This document shows, in pieces, positions 7,257 to 17,400 of a DNA stretch of 42,369 nt; positions within the stretch are counted from its first letter, which is position 1; the number at the start of each line of letters is the position of its first letter. This DNA comes from a virus (Duplodnaviria; Caudoviricetes). The translations under genes and the position numbers were made by a program. The notes beneath the pieces were generated by a model. It was not told the origin of the DNA, made no database searches, and was given only the letters and a program-made list of their open reading frames with translations. The stretch is taken from the IMG/VR virus record IMGVR_UViG_3300045609_000021, positions 1 to 42,369 of that record. One strand, 5' to 3'.

Positions 7257-7663
7257 TGCTGACCCTCCCGATTTATGGAATCCTTCCATGCTGCTAGCTG
7301 TGCAGACAAACCTTTCGTCATCGAACTGAACTTATTGGACGTGTCCTTGTTGATAATTTCCATTCGAGTCATGATTGTCACATAGCTTCTTACCACGCAT
7401 ACGTTCGCCAGGGCAATGGAAATGTAATATTTCCGTTCCTCTCCTCGGAACTGATTTGCAAGAGATATACATTTGCACGTCTCACTTGCATCCATCAGAA
7501 CCTTGTCGGTAAACCGAATTAATTTGCGTGGTGTCTTTTCCGTTAACTCAGTTAAGAGATATAGGATATTGCATGAGAGGCGATATACAGGAAGCTGTGC
7601 AGTTCCCTGTATACGCCTTTTATGGATGGCACCCTTTTTTATTTCTTCTGTTATTTCGTTCAT
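7253..7663 (-). CDS. avd: DGR accessory variability determinant (Avd-like four-helix bundle protein)
   Basis: 136-aa basic helical protein (QLPVYR...QLAAWK) between target and TR/RT; start MNEITEE. Confidence 0.85.
   Translation of the reverse strand: MNEITEEIKKGAIHKRRIQGTAQLPVYRLSCNILYLLTELTEKTPRKLIRFTDKVLMDASETCKCISLANQFRGEERKYYISIALANVCVVRSYVTIMTRMEIINKDTSNKFSSMTKGLSAQLAAWKDSINREGQQ
7624..7645. repeat. Right arm of the long-range inverted repeat (inside the avd 5' end)
   Basis: GGATGGCACCCTTTTTTATTTC; 21 base pairs possible with 7039-7061. Confidence 0.8.
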
Positions 7664-7671
7664 ATATCTGT

Positions 7672-7691
7672 CGCCCTGCTGGAGCAGGGCG
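7672..7691. other. DGR target-recognition hairpin/cruciform downstream of VR
   Basis: CGCCCTGC-TGGA-GCAGGGCG: 8-bp GC-rich stem with 4-nt loop, 7 nt past the target stop codon. Confidence 0.85.
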
Positions 7692-7698
7692 GAAAAGT

Positions 7699-10600
7699 TT
7701 AAAGATTGAAAGTAAATGCTGTCACAGCACGAACACAGTAACTGTAAGACTTGTCGTTGCCGTAGACCTGTCCATTGCTGAAATAGAATATCCACGCGTA
7801 GTTGGAACTGATCTCACTTGATGACCAGTACCAACTATTTGTGAAACTGATTACAGTTACACCAGCTCGTTTTGCAGCATTGGCGAATATTGGAGTCCTT
7901 GCCTCGTTGAGGGCATTATCATTAGCTTTGTCGGATGTCGTACCGAGACGGTAGAAATTATATATCCTTGCCAATTCCCCTTCTGTAGGCAGATACCAAT
8001 TTCCCTTTACATACTGACTATTCAAATCATCTGCATCGGGTTGGTATACATGGCATACATAAGCTGCCGGATAAAAATACTGATAGAACCTTGATGAGTT
8101 GGAGTTAGCTTTATATAACGCGACCATCTTGTCTCCAAGGTCAGCCACTGAATCAGGCAGGTCTATTCCTAGATAATTAGTCAGAATATTATCACAATGA
8201 GCGATAATCTTATCAGCCTTATCCTCCCCGTCTAAATCCCAAGCGGCATATCCAGATACGGATTTCTTATATCCGTCATCCTGCGTATCATCGACAAAGC
8301 TGCTATCATTTACATAGTTCCCGTCGATACCGCTGGTAATGTTTCCGATTGTAGGGATATCGAATACGGAAGTAAGATTCGTGGCAGTTTTGATATCACC
8401 TTCAACGGTGGTGTTGAAACCGTTGTTACTGTTATTGTCCGGATATAGGCCAAAGATTGTCTGCGTCAAATTCATGGATGTTCCGTCCGTGCTCTTTATG
8501 CCCATGTCGGTGAGCGATACAACTCTTACCTTATATCCCGTCAATGCCCCGCTCGTATCGGTTATATTTTCACGCATGAATGCGATTCCAACGAGTGTAC
8601 GTGTTGTATCATACTCGTTGTCGAACGAACCGTCAGAGTAAGCAAAATCACCGACTTGAGGAATCCTCTTATAGAACCCGACGGTCACTGTCTGCGTCAT
8701 AGTCGTGCCGTTCATCAACGTCACTGTCAACGTGACGGTATGTTTCAGATTCAATGATGCGTCACTCAACTTGGTAACTTTCATCACTCCGTTGATTGCA
8801 TCCGTGAATGATGCGTATTCGGCAGCACTGTCCGCAATGCTCCAATTGACATCCGCATGTCCGTCTTTGATGGCCACATTGTTTCCGCTAAGCGGAAGGA
8901 TACGAACGGTGAAATTATAATCACCGACAACCGACATATACCGCTGGCATACGATGCTGATGGAAACGATGTTCTTGGTCGTGTAGCTGATATACAAGGC
9001 ATTGTCCGTACTGTCTATGTTACCATACATTCCGACAAGTTTCAACTTTTCGGCAAAAGTTAGGAAACGGTCGCTTGATGCGTCTGTCAGAGTAATCTTT
9101 CCTGTCAGCTTCGCGCCCTTGTTACATAGCCACATGAGCAAGTTAGCCGGGCAATTAGTCCAGTTCACATTGTCAAGTTCCAATACATTCAGATTCGTCG
9201 GATTTGCCGACATAAGTCCATTGGAGATTACCTTTGTGTCCACCTTCCCCGCTTTGCTCTGGTCTATGATTACCTTTTGCAGATTGGAATAGCCTTCCAT
9301 TGAGAAGGTTGCGATATTCGGCTGATTATCTATTGTGAGATTTACGAGCGATGCTGGCAATGACAATGATGTGAGGCTGTCCGTAGCTGGCAGTGTACAT
9401 GTGGTTATCGCCGTGCCTTTGACATTGATTGTCTTTATTTTCCAACATGCGGACAAATCGAGTGAACCTCCGACGGTGGATGCCCCACCGATGTCGAACG
9501 TGTCTATCTGTTTTGCCGTGCAAGTGAGCGATGTCGGTCTGAACTGCATGACGCTTCCGCTTGCCACCGTCGCACTGAATCCGACGAGACGATTTCCGAA
9601 TAAGGTGAACGTTTCGCCTAACGACTGTCCGCCGAAGTTTCCGATGCTCTTGTAGTAATCGACACCATCTATGTAGATATCGGTGTTTCCATCGCTTTTA
9701 AGACCGCCCAATACAAATGTTTCGCCCGCTTTGATACGTTGCGGTACTGTATATGATTTACCATTCCCATCGAGGCCGAAGGCAAGCGTCTGGCCGACAC
9801 CTGCTGCCGGATATAGCCATATATGCGGAATCAACGTAAATGAATACATCGGGCTGCTTGTAGTCCCGTCAGAGTTGAGTGCCAGGATAGAGCGGAACAT
9901 CAGACACCCTGTACCGCGAACAGAGAACTGCCCGTAACTTGCGAACGACGACATATATACCTCTCTGCGTTTCCACCATTGCAGTTCCGCCTGTAGCTGG
10001 TCTCCGAGAGATTGCGCGATAGGGTGGACCGATGCCATGTATGTTCCGTCGGACCATGCCTTTGATGCGGTCTCGTAAAGAAGGCGTGCCGTCTCATTAT
10101 AGGCAACGGATGGAAAATATCTCTGTATATAGAAGAAATATTTCTCCATACACTTTGATACACTGCCGCCGAGTTCGGCCATGCCTGTAAGCATGGAGTT
10201 CATCGTCGCCATCAACTCGACGGGATATGCAGCTTCCATCAAATTATAGAACTGATTATTGGTACCGTTCCAATAATTCTGTCCGCTTGCATCTACGTCA
10301 TGTTCCTCAACATAATATGGTTTATTCTTACGACCGACATTATCGGTTGCGAGAATGGTATCGAGGTCATCCTGCGCAAAACAGATAAGATGCGTTTTCG
10401 GATCAAGATAAAGATAGATATTCTTTGCCCTGTTGTCGGATGCGGCAAACAGCTTACAGAACAGCATTGCAAATTGAGCATCTGAAACATTATAGTATGT
10501 CCCTGCATTCGCCTTGAAATCGGCTACTCGCCAATCAATAAACTGCTGGTTTGTAGTGTCCCAAATAATGCCACTTGCGCCACCGCCGCACTGTGTGTTG

Positions 10601-13600
10601 ATGTTCAACTTATCATACACGTTATTCGTCTTGGTGGTGCTGGCGTTCACCCACATCGATGTAACATAATCGTAACGATACAGGTCGTATTGGGCACTGT
10701 TATTCGTAGCGTCCGCTTCCGTCACCCAATATTGAGTGGCCTTGTCTGCTGTTGTATCAGTCTGCAAGGCACTCAATTTACCTACGTATGGTTTTATATT
10801 AATGGCGTGCAAAAACACGAAATTGAAGGCATTCTTGAAGTAGGACACCATATTCAGATTGCCGAGGTCGTAGTCCCAGTTCAGCTCTCCTGCGTACTTG
10901 TAAGATTCGTCATCCGCCGAATAGGTGACTTCGTCATCCATCCACGGCACACGATGCTCCGTCAGAGGTTTACCGTTGTCCGAACCTTCGAGCATCAAAT
11001 AATCGGGAAAGACGGTTTTATCATATCCAAATGTAGCCTTATCTCCCTTTCCAGGGCCGAATGTCATAAAACCATAAAACTCAGGTTCTGCGTCGGCTGT
11101 TGCCTTCACGAACAGGAAGAACGGTTTTTCCTTTACCGATACACGAACTCCACTATATCCGTCCGTCTTTGTAATACTGTTACCGCCTACAACTTTGCGC
11201 CACAGGTCAGTAAAAAGCGCCGTAGCACCTGGCTTATGCGACTGCATAGAAGATGCCCAATTGAGCTTGGAAACAAGTTTTGTAGCTTTCGGCATACCAT
11301 CTTCGAGAATATAGTAGGCACCTTGCGCCGTACCATTTCCGTCAGTCCATACGCTATCAGCATTGAAGGCGTATTGATGATTCCATTTATAATATCCTTT
11401 TGACGAGGAGCCCTGTCCTTTTATGCCAAGGTTTGTTATAGTTCCACTGTGGGCTTTATCTCCGATAATGTTGATGTCGAGCGTACCGCCTGCCTTGATG
11501 CTTGCAGGGGCGATATAGGAAGGAACAGAACCCGTCCACACGAGCGTATTATATTTTTCGGAAGTCTTTGAGAAAGATATGGTACCATTATCTCCAACAA
11601 TATCGTTAGCGTCACGGTAAGCAATCTTTTCCGCTACTGTCGGTAAACTCGCTAAACGATTTTGTCTTACATCCAAGGCCGATAAGGACTTCTTGTATAC
11701 ATAAATACTATAAACATCTATACTTGCATTTTCCGCACCTATGCGTATTCCCTGCGATGTCTGTGTACCATTGACGTTCTGTACGAACGTATCGTCATCC
11801 GTCCACTCGATCTCACGGTTTATTGTTCCATTGACTAAAATTCGTATATAATTGATGCCTGCATTGCTTAGATTGTGAACGATGTTGACGGCGATGTGAG
11901 TTCTTGCGCCTTCTTGGAACATGATATCTTGGTCACGCTGCACCTGTTTGTTAAGAGTCATAAAACATGCCTCCATCGGTTTCATTTCAAAACCTAACGG
12001 ATTTCCATTAGTCTGATACGAGCATACACGTAGAATAGGTGATGTCTCGTCATCCACATCCGATGTCTTGATGTCAAACATCATCGTCATACTATTGGTG
12101 TGAGAACCAGTTCCTAGAAAATCTGAAAAAGCCTCGTAATTGATGTCTATCGACTGACCAGCCAATATGCGAAGGCAATGCACACCGTTTTCATCCGTTA
12201 TCCATCCGTCCTTCTTCAATCCGAATCCGCTCCATGTTGATGGCACAACCGCCTTTGTCACGGTATTGATAATGGTCTGTGGGGAAGTTTCTCCGTTAGA
12301 CCGTTTTCCAGGATTGAGAATGAAGTCAGCGTTGGCGGTAGGAGAGAAGTTCTGCGAGTTATCCACTGTGATGCCAATCATATCCGCAAGGCTGGTGGTC
12401 CCGCTCTTGAATCTCATGTAAGCACTTAATGTGGTATCGGTGCTATCAATTTCGATGGTGTTTTCATAAATATACTTTGTGTTTGCCGCTACATTGGCCA
12501 CATCGGTTGACATATATTCGGTTGTGCCGGCATAATCACCGAGTGAAAACGTCAGATTCATTGCCGAACCTGACGGATTGTACAACGAATAATCGAACAG
12601 CTTTACCTGAGTCCAGTTAGTGGCTTTGCTGGCAACATTGTTGAGCAACAGATATGGTGTCATATCCGTCTTGTCGGCAACCACGAACACCTGCGAATAT
12701 ACATGTTCGCTGGTGACGGTTCCGCCAGACACGGTGATGTATGCTTCTATGGTATGTATTCCATGAGTGAGCACCTTCACGGTATCACTATCGCTGTCCG
12801 TCACTGCTACCGACCATGGTGTCTCGGTGTATATAGACGAACCGATGTTATAGGTAAGCGTCCGCTTGCCTGCTGCTCCGGCAGATGTCTTTCCGCTGAT
12901 GATGACCGTCAGTGTCTTGGAGACGGCACCTTTGATGTAATAGGATATTGGCAGACCACTTGCGAGATCTGTTATAGGTGTCCACCACTGATTCGCAAAT
13001 TCTAGTGACAATGTTGTTTTGATGACGCTCTGATATGTGATATATCGGGTTGTGAGTTCTGTCGTGTCACCCTTTACGACCACACGTACCTGCTGGTACC
13101 CGTCCGAAAGCATCGACGATATATCTATGTCCGTGTAGGTGGTGCTTGAATAGTCCATCGACTGAACAGATAATGTTCCAACTGTCACCCAATCGCCCGT
13201 AGAAGAAGTCCTGCGCTGAATGGTAAGGATTCCACCTTCACCTGTGTTATCAGTTGTGTTGTTGACATTGTCGTGCACCTGTGACGTGAAGCGCAATTTA
13301 AGGACTACCTTATTGTCGATTGTCACGATGCTGCTGGTGTCGCTTCCCGTGTACAGACCGACGATGTAGCTCTGTCCGGTCGCCTCATGCGTATCGGGCA
13401 ATATGATGTCCGACAATAGCAGTGCACTGATTGCTGCGACCGTCTTATCCTCCGCGGCATTCCATGTATTGTAATCAGCAAGCGAACGGAAGAACCGCAT
13501 GTGCCATCCGTCGGTTTCCTTCTGCGCACTACGTGATACGTATGCGTATGACAATTTAAGCTGCTTTTTAATGAACTCTTCGACCCTTGCGCCCGAATAT

Positions 13601-13671
13601 CCTTGTCCTGTCGTGGAATCGTACCATGCGGTATCGATTCCCGTGATTTCTGTATCTATTACTTTAGCCAT
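7699..13671 (-). CDS. DGR target: 1990-aa multidomain tail/receptor-binding protein with a C-terminal C-type-lectin-fold variable domain
   Basis: C-terminal WYLPTEGEL...YWSSSE..AW...VRAV motif; LRR-like stretch, LamG-like and CotH-like internal motifs; located in the tail module. Confidence 0.88.
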   Translation of the reverse strand: MAKVIDTEITGIDTAWYDSTTGQGYSGARVEEFIKKQLKLSYAYVSRSAQKETDGWHMRFFRSLADYNTWNAAEDKTVAAISALLLSDIILPDTHEATGQSYIVGLYTGSDTSSIVTIDNKVVLKLRFTSQVHDNVNNTTDNTGEGGILTIQRRTSSTGDWVTVGTLSVQSMDYSSTTYTDIDISSMLSDGYQQVRVVVKGDTTELTTRYITYQSVIKTTLSLEFANQWWTPITDLASGLPISYYIKGAVSKTLTVIISGKTSAGAAGKRTLTYNIGSSIYTETPWSVAVTDSDSDTVKVLTHGIHTIEAYITVSGGTVTSEHVYSQVFVVADKTDMTPYLLLNNVASKATNWTQVKLFDYSLYNPSGSAMNLTFSLGDYAGTTEYMSTDVANVAANTKYIYENTIEIDSTDTTLSAYMRFKSGTTSLADMIGITVDNSQNFSPTANADFILNPGKRSNGETSPQTIINTVTKAVVPSTWSGFGLKKDGWITDENGVHCLRILAGQSIDINYEAFSDFLGTGSHTNSMTMMFDIKTSDVDDETSPILRVCSYQTNGNPLGFEMKPMEACFMTLNKQVQRDQDIMFQEGARTHIAVNIVHNLSNAGINYIRILVNGTINREIEWTDDDTFVQNVNGTQTSQGIRIGAENASIDVYSIYVYKKSLSALDVRQNRLASLPTVAEKIAYRDANDIVGDNGTISFSKTSEKYNTLVWTGSVPSYIAPASIKAGGTLDINIIGDKAHSGTITNLGIKGQGSSSKGYYKWNHQYAFNADSVWTDGNGTAQGAYYILEDGMPKATKLVSKLNWASSMQSHKPGATALFTDLWRKVVGGNSITKTDGYSGVRVSVKEKPFFLFVKATADAEPEFYGFMTFGPGKGDKATFGYDKTVFPDYLMLEGSDNGKPLTEHRVPWMDDEVTYSADDESYKYAGELNWDYDLGNLNMVSYFKNAFNFVFLHAINIKPYVGKLSALQTDTTADKATQYWVTEADATNNSAQYDLYRYDYVTSMWVNASTTKTNNVYDKLNINTQCGGGASGIIWDTTNQQFIDWRVADFKANAGTYYNVSDAQFAMLFCKLFAASDNRAKNIYLYLDPKTHLICFAQDDLDTILATDNVGRKNKPYYVEEHDVDASGQNYWNGTNNQFYNLMEAAYPVELMATMNSMLTGMAELGGSVSKCMEKYFFYIQRYFPSVAYNETARLLYETASKAWSDGTYMASVHPIAQSLGDQLQAELQWWKRREVYMSSFASYGQFSVRGTGCLMFRSILALNSDGTTSSPMYSFTLIPHIWLYPAAGVGQTLAFGLDGNGKSYTVPQRIKAGETFVLGGLKSDGNTDIYIDGVDYYKSIGNFGGQSLGETFTLFGNRLVGFSATVASGSVMQFRPTSLTCTAKQIDTFDIGGASTVGGSLDLSACWKIKTINVKGTAITTCTLPATDSLTSLSLPASLVNLTIDNQPNIATFSMEGYSNLQKVIIDQSKAGKVDTKVISNGLMSANPTNLNVLELDNVNWTNCPANLLMWLCNKGAKLTGKITLTDASSDRFLTFAEKLKLVGMYGNIDSTDNALYISYTTKNIVSISIVCQRYMSVVGDYNFTVRILPLSGNNVAIKDGHADVNWSIADSAAEYASFTDAINGVMKVTKLSDASLNLKHTVTLTVTLMNGTTMTQTVTVGFYKRIPQVGDFAYSDGSFDNEYDTTRTLVGIAFMRENITDTSGALTGYKVRVVSLTDMGIKSTDGTSMNLTQTIFGLYPDNNSNNGFNTTVEGDIKTATNLTSVFDIPTIGNITSGIDGNYVNDSSFVDDTQDDGYKKSVSGYAAWDLDGEDKADKIIAHCDNILTNYLGIDLPDSVADLGDKMVALYKANSNSSRFYQYFYPAAYVCHVYQPDADDLNSQYVKGNWYLPTEGELARIYNFYRLGTTSDKANDNALNEARTPIFANAAKRAGVTVISFTNSWYWSSSEISSNYAWIFYFSNGQVYGNDKSYSYCVRAVTAFTFNL
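7714..7819 (-). repeat. DGR variable repeat (VR) at the 3' end of the target gene
   Basis: Encodes SEISSNYAWIFYFSNGQVYGNDKSYSYCVRAVTAF, against TR SENSSNNAWIFNFSNGQVNNNNKYNSNYVRAVTAF. Confidence 0.97.
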
Positions 13672-13675
13672 ATCA

Positions 13676-13852
13676 TTATTGTTTATATTTCCAACCGTCC
13701 GTGCCTATCCATGGTTTATCACTTATCCATACACCTGTTCCGAAGCAACTGCGTATTGCCTGCCATACCAGCGTTGCACCGTGATACACTGCCGACAATG
13801 CAACTTTTCCGTAATTGATTGATGATATCGATGTCTTATTAATGATTATCAT
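13676..13852 (-). CDS. Unannotated 58-aa protein MIIINK...VYHGATLVWQAIRSCFGTGVWISDKPWIGTDGWKYKQ
   Basis: Read manually; TAATG overlap with the upstream gene; ends 4 nt before the target start; VY.G..LVW motif typical of small tail-fibre-associated proteins. Confidence 0.8.
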   Translation of the reverse strand: MIIINKTSISSINYGKVALSAVYHGATLVWQAIRSCFGTGVWISDKPWIGTDGWKYKQ

Positions 13853-14463
13853 TATGTTTCATTGATTAAGTATATGAGACTTGTATCTACGGTATTTGCC
13901 GTAACCAGTGCGTCATATTCCGCCTGCGTCATTGGACCGGCATACACATCCGCCCGAACCGTCGTTTTCAGTGCATCCGTTTTGAGCAGATCCGAAACAA
14001 CGAACGCTTTTATCTTCTGCTCGGTTGCCAGCCCCTTATTGATATAATAATAAAGGGTGTCGCCATCTACCGCAAACTCGTAAGTCTTTGCCTCCCCTGC
14101 GAGGTCGGCGAATACGGATGCAAGGTCGCACACCTCAATCTTCTGCTCATCCGTCGCACCTTTGTTGATGTACTCGATGAGTTTCTTCGATGAATCCACC
14201 TCAAAGGTGTAGCTCTTTTCCGAGAACTCTCCGACGCTGGTGTATGTTCCCGTGCTCATGTCGTAATACTTGAGCACACCGTTTTCCACTTTGGGCGGGT
14301 GCATCTTCCAGATGTACACGGCGAAAAGTTCTGCCGTTATCTTCTGCGCGCCGTTAGTCCCGTCGGATGTGGACGGGATAAACGGTATGAGGTCTGACAA
14401 TTTTATTGATGTCGTCAACGCCCATGGCGCTGTCACCTGCTCTGCTGTTAATGTTTCTGCCAT
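13852..14463 (-). CDS. Tail-fibre-associated protein with an internal duplication
   Basis: Two K.Y.F.VD......YINKG...EQKI repeats; C-terminal TQAEYDAL......D...IYLI motif. Confidence 0.7.
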   Translation of the reverse strand: MAETLTAEQVTAPWALTTSIKLSDLIPFIPSTSDGTNGAQKITAELFAVYIWKMHPPKVENGVLKYYDMSTGTYTSVGEFSEKSYTFEVDSSKKLIEYINKGATDEQKIEVCDLASVFADLAGEAKTYEFAVDGDTLYYYINKGLATEQKIKAFVVSDLLKTDALKTTVRADVYAGPMTQAEYDALVTANTVDTSLIYLINET

Positions 14464-14478
14464 AATGCTTGTTTTTAA

Positions 14479-17400
14479 TTACCAATCACGAGGATGTTTA
14501 TATTGAACCCAGCAACCTTTATTGCTACTTGTCTGAACGTTGTGATGATAAACGAATGTCATCGCATCGTATATGCTAGATATGCCCAATGTGGTCACTT
14601 GATCAGTTCCATTACATGCCATGTATGTCAATCCGCGGCTGGTAGTTCCGTCACTTCCGTAACTTATACCTGATTTGATTGTCACTCCGCCCGAACCCAT
14701 TCGCTTAATTTTAATCTCGTGGCCGTCATTCCACGGTTTCATATCGGGAAGCGTAATGACAATATCGCTCGTATTAAGTGTGACTACTGAACCCGAAGTG
14801 AAATCAATCGTTTTTGTCGTGGATATCTCTTCTGTCTTCAATGCCATCCCCGCAACGCATCCGCCGTTAATCTGCATCGCTATATTGCCGGTAGTGGAAT
14901 TGGTGACTGAAACAACTATACCGTATTTCGTCAAACTAGATGCGGCATTGTCGATGAGTCTTAACAATATAGGTATTCCGTAATTGTCCCAACATCCTAA
15001 TATGGATTGTCTGTTCTTGGCGTTAAATCCTATCATATAGTTGTAAAGGAACATCTGATTTTCAGCCAATGAGCTGATATCGTCTTTATAGGTTGTATCA
15101 GTTCCTATTCGACCGGAACCGATATCAAAGCCTCCGATTGCGCCACTGTCAGCGGTAATGGTACCTTTGATTTCGGCGTTGGTGGATTTCATCTTCCCGT
15201 TCTTATCGACACTGAATGGAGCATCCTTTCCTGCTGCCGCTCCTGCCCACAACATATATCCGTTATCGTCGGGAGCACTCAAACCGCCCAAGACGTTTTC
15301 ACCTTCTCCGACACGGATGCACTGCGAATACAGAAAATCGATAATAGCATTTTTGGCGATTAGGAATCCGAAAACTCCAACCGCCTGTTGAGACACCTCC
15401 ATCCATTTACCTTCTTCCGTGGTGCCGCTGAATGTGTCGTATGTGGAATAGCTGTTGCTGGAAACGTGATATCCGCGGCATTGATAGTATGCGTACCCTG
15501 TTGCGGTTCCGCCGCCCTTGATTCCTAGGAAGTCCACCCATTTTCCGCCTTCCGCATCGGTCAGCTGGTCCGCATCAAAGTTGCAATATTCCTGTGCCAA
15601 CTTGATGGACGTGAAACGTCTCATCTGCCCTTTGTCCGGACTCGTCAGATGCCATCCGTAAGCGTATATGCTTGTCTTTGCGCCCACTTCCGCATGATAT
15701 ATACCTTGAAGTGTTCCCTGTGCTTGGAATGTAGGCGTTTCACTGGTGGTATTGAACTGTCTGATATGAATAGACACGATATGCGTTACAGAATCATTGA
15801 TGTTTGTCAGACTTTTCAACTCTGCCACGATGGCATATATGTACGTACTTGTACCTGTCGTTTTTACAACTTGGTGAGAAGTCATCGTCTTAGCATAAGA
15901 GTCCGTGTTCGACATATCGGCATAATCAATTTGCTGGTCGTACACGATGACACGTCTGGATGCAGCCACCCATGCGGTAACTTCCACATCAAGCAGTACT
16001 CCGCTGGGGATATTCAATCCCATTTCATATTCACGCCATTTACGGTATGTTCCAATTGCGGATGTGTCAGTCTCACCGTTCTTAGCTGTCCACGTGTATG
16101 ACGAATATGTAGTCGGGTCATAAGGACTGCTGTCCGTACATTTACCAACATAGGAACATGCGCTTCCGTCACCCGTGGTGAATCCCGTGCTACCATCGGA
16201 AGAAGTGGCGTATGCAATGTGGTCGTATGCTTCGGATTGCTTTCCGTACTTTATCGCTGTATTCTTTGCGTTTGATGGGTCCTGTGACCAGTTGTTGACA
16301 TAGTGCGCAACGGTGTTATCATATATACTTTTCCCGTCCAGATACACGGGGTCCACTTTAACAGTTTTGATGTAAATATACATGGTACGTGAAACCCCGT
16401 TACCATCGTTTGCCTTTACAAGAATAGACTTTGCGGAAACAGTATCGCCGCGTTTCCATGTGTACTGATAATATGTCGTATTTTCCTGTGGACTTCCGTC
16501 TATAGTCAGAGCAGTGATTAAGTCGGCCGTGTCTCCTTTCTTCATGCCGAAAGAAAAATAAGCACTGCCGTCTTCGCACGCTTTTCCGTTTACGTCAACT
16601 GCAACGGTACATTCCGTTGCCGATAAACAGTATATCGTAATTGCGTCAGCACCTGCTGCGCCTGGGTCTCCTTGATTTCCCTTATCACCTTGGTCTCCCT
16701 TGTCGCCTTTATCTCCAGTATCTCCCTTGACTTCATTCCACGTATACAACGTATAATCTGTCGGATCTGCCTTATCGGTACTAACGTATGTACCCATATA
16801 CCGGTATGAGGTATTTGCAGCCTTTTCAACGACAAAATCAGTTTTTCCATCCGAACTGTTAGCCCATGCAATATGAAGATAACTGCTGGTACCTCCGATT
16901 GCCGTACCATCTTTTCCGGGGTCTCCTTGAAACTTTGACCACGTATAAGAACCGGTTCCAACAGGTGCGGTGGATAGACTTGTCACACAGATACCAATGT
17001 AAACGTCCGGCGTTTCGGACATTGTCGTCGGCACACCGCTGCTTGTCAATGCGGAAGCATAGCGAATGTAAATAAACTGATTTTCACCATAATGCGATAC
17101 CCGCCTAGGTGATGACCAATTGGACCACACGCCATCCTTGCGATAACTGTAGCTCATCCAGCAGGTACGTTTCCCATCCTCGTTTTCGACCGATGGTTGG
17201 TCATCCACCCAACCGTCACTAAATGTTGTAGACGTTCCGTCATACGCCCCTTCTAATGCCGTAGGTGCTGTTTCTGAAAGAATATAAATGTATTTGAACC
17301 CATCTCCATCTTTGCCTCTTATGCCGCCACGTAAAATCGGGACACTGTCATAGTCTATCACGGTACCGACGGTGGTTCCGTCATAATTGCAAAGCTCGAA

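Noticed and set aside
7664-7795. N-terminal extension of avd in the ORF track
   Set aside because: Overlaps VR and the hairpin in another frame; ATG at 7663 is the more plausible start
14479-14700. Possible second VR at the end of the 2233-aa tail gene
   Set aside because: No similarity to TR seen by eye and no downstream hairpin
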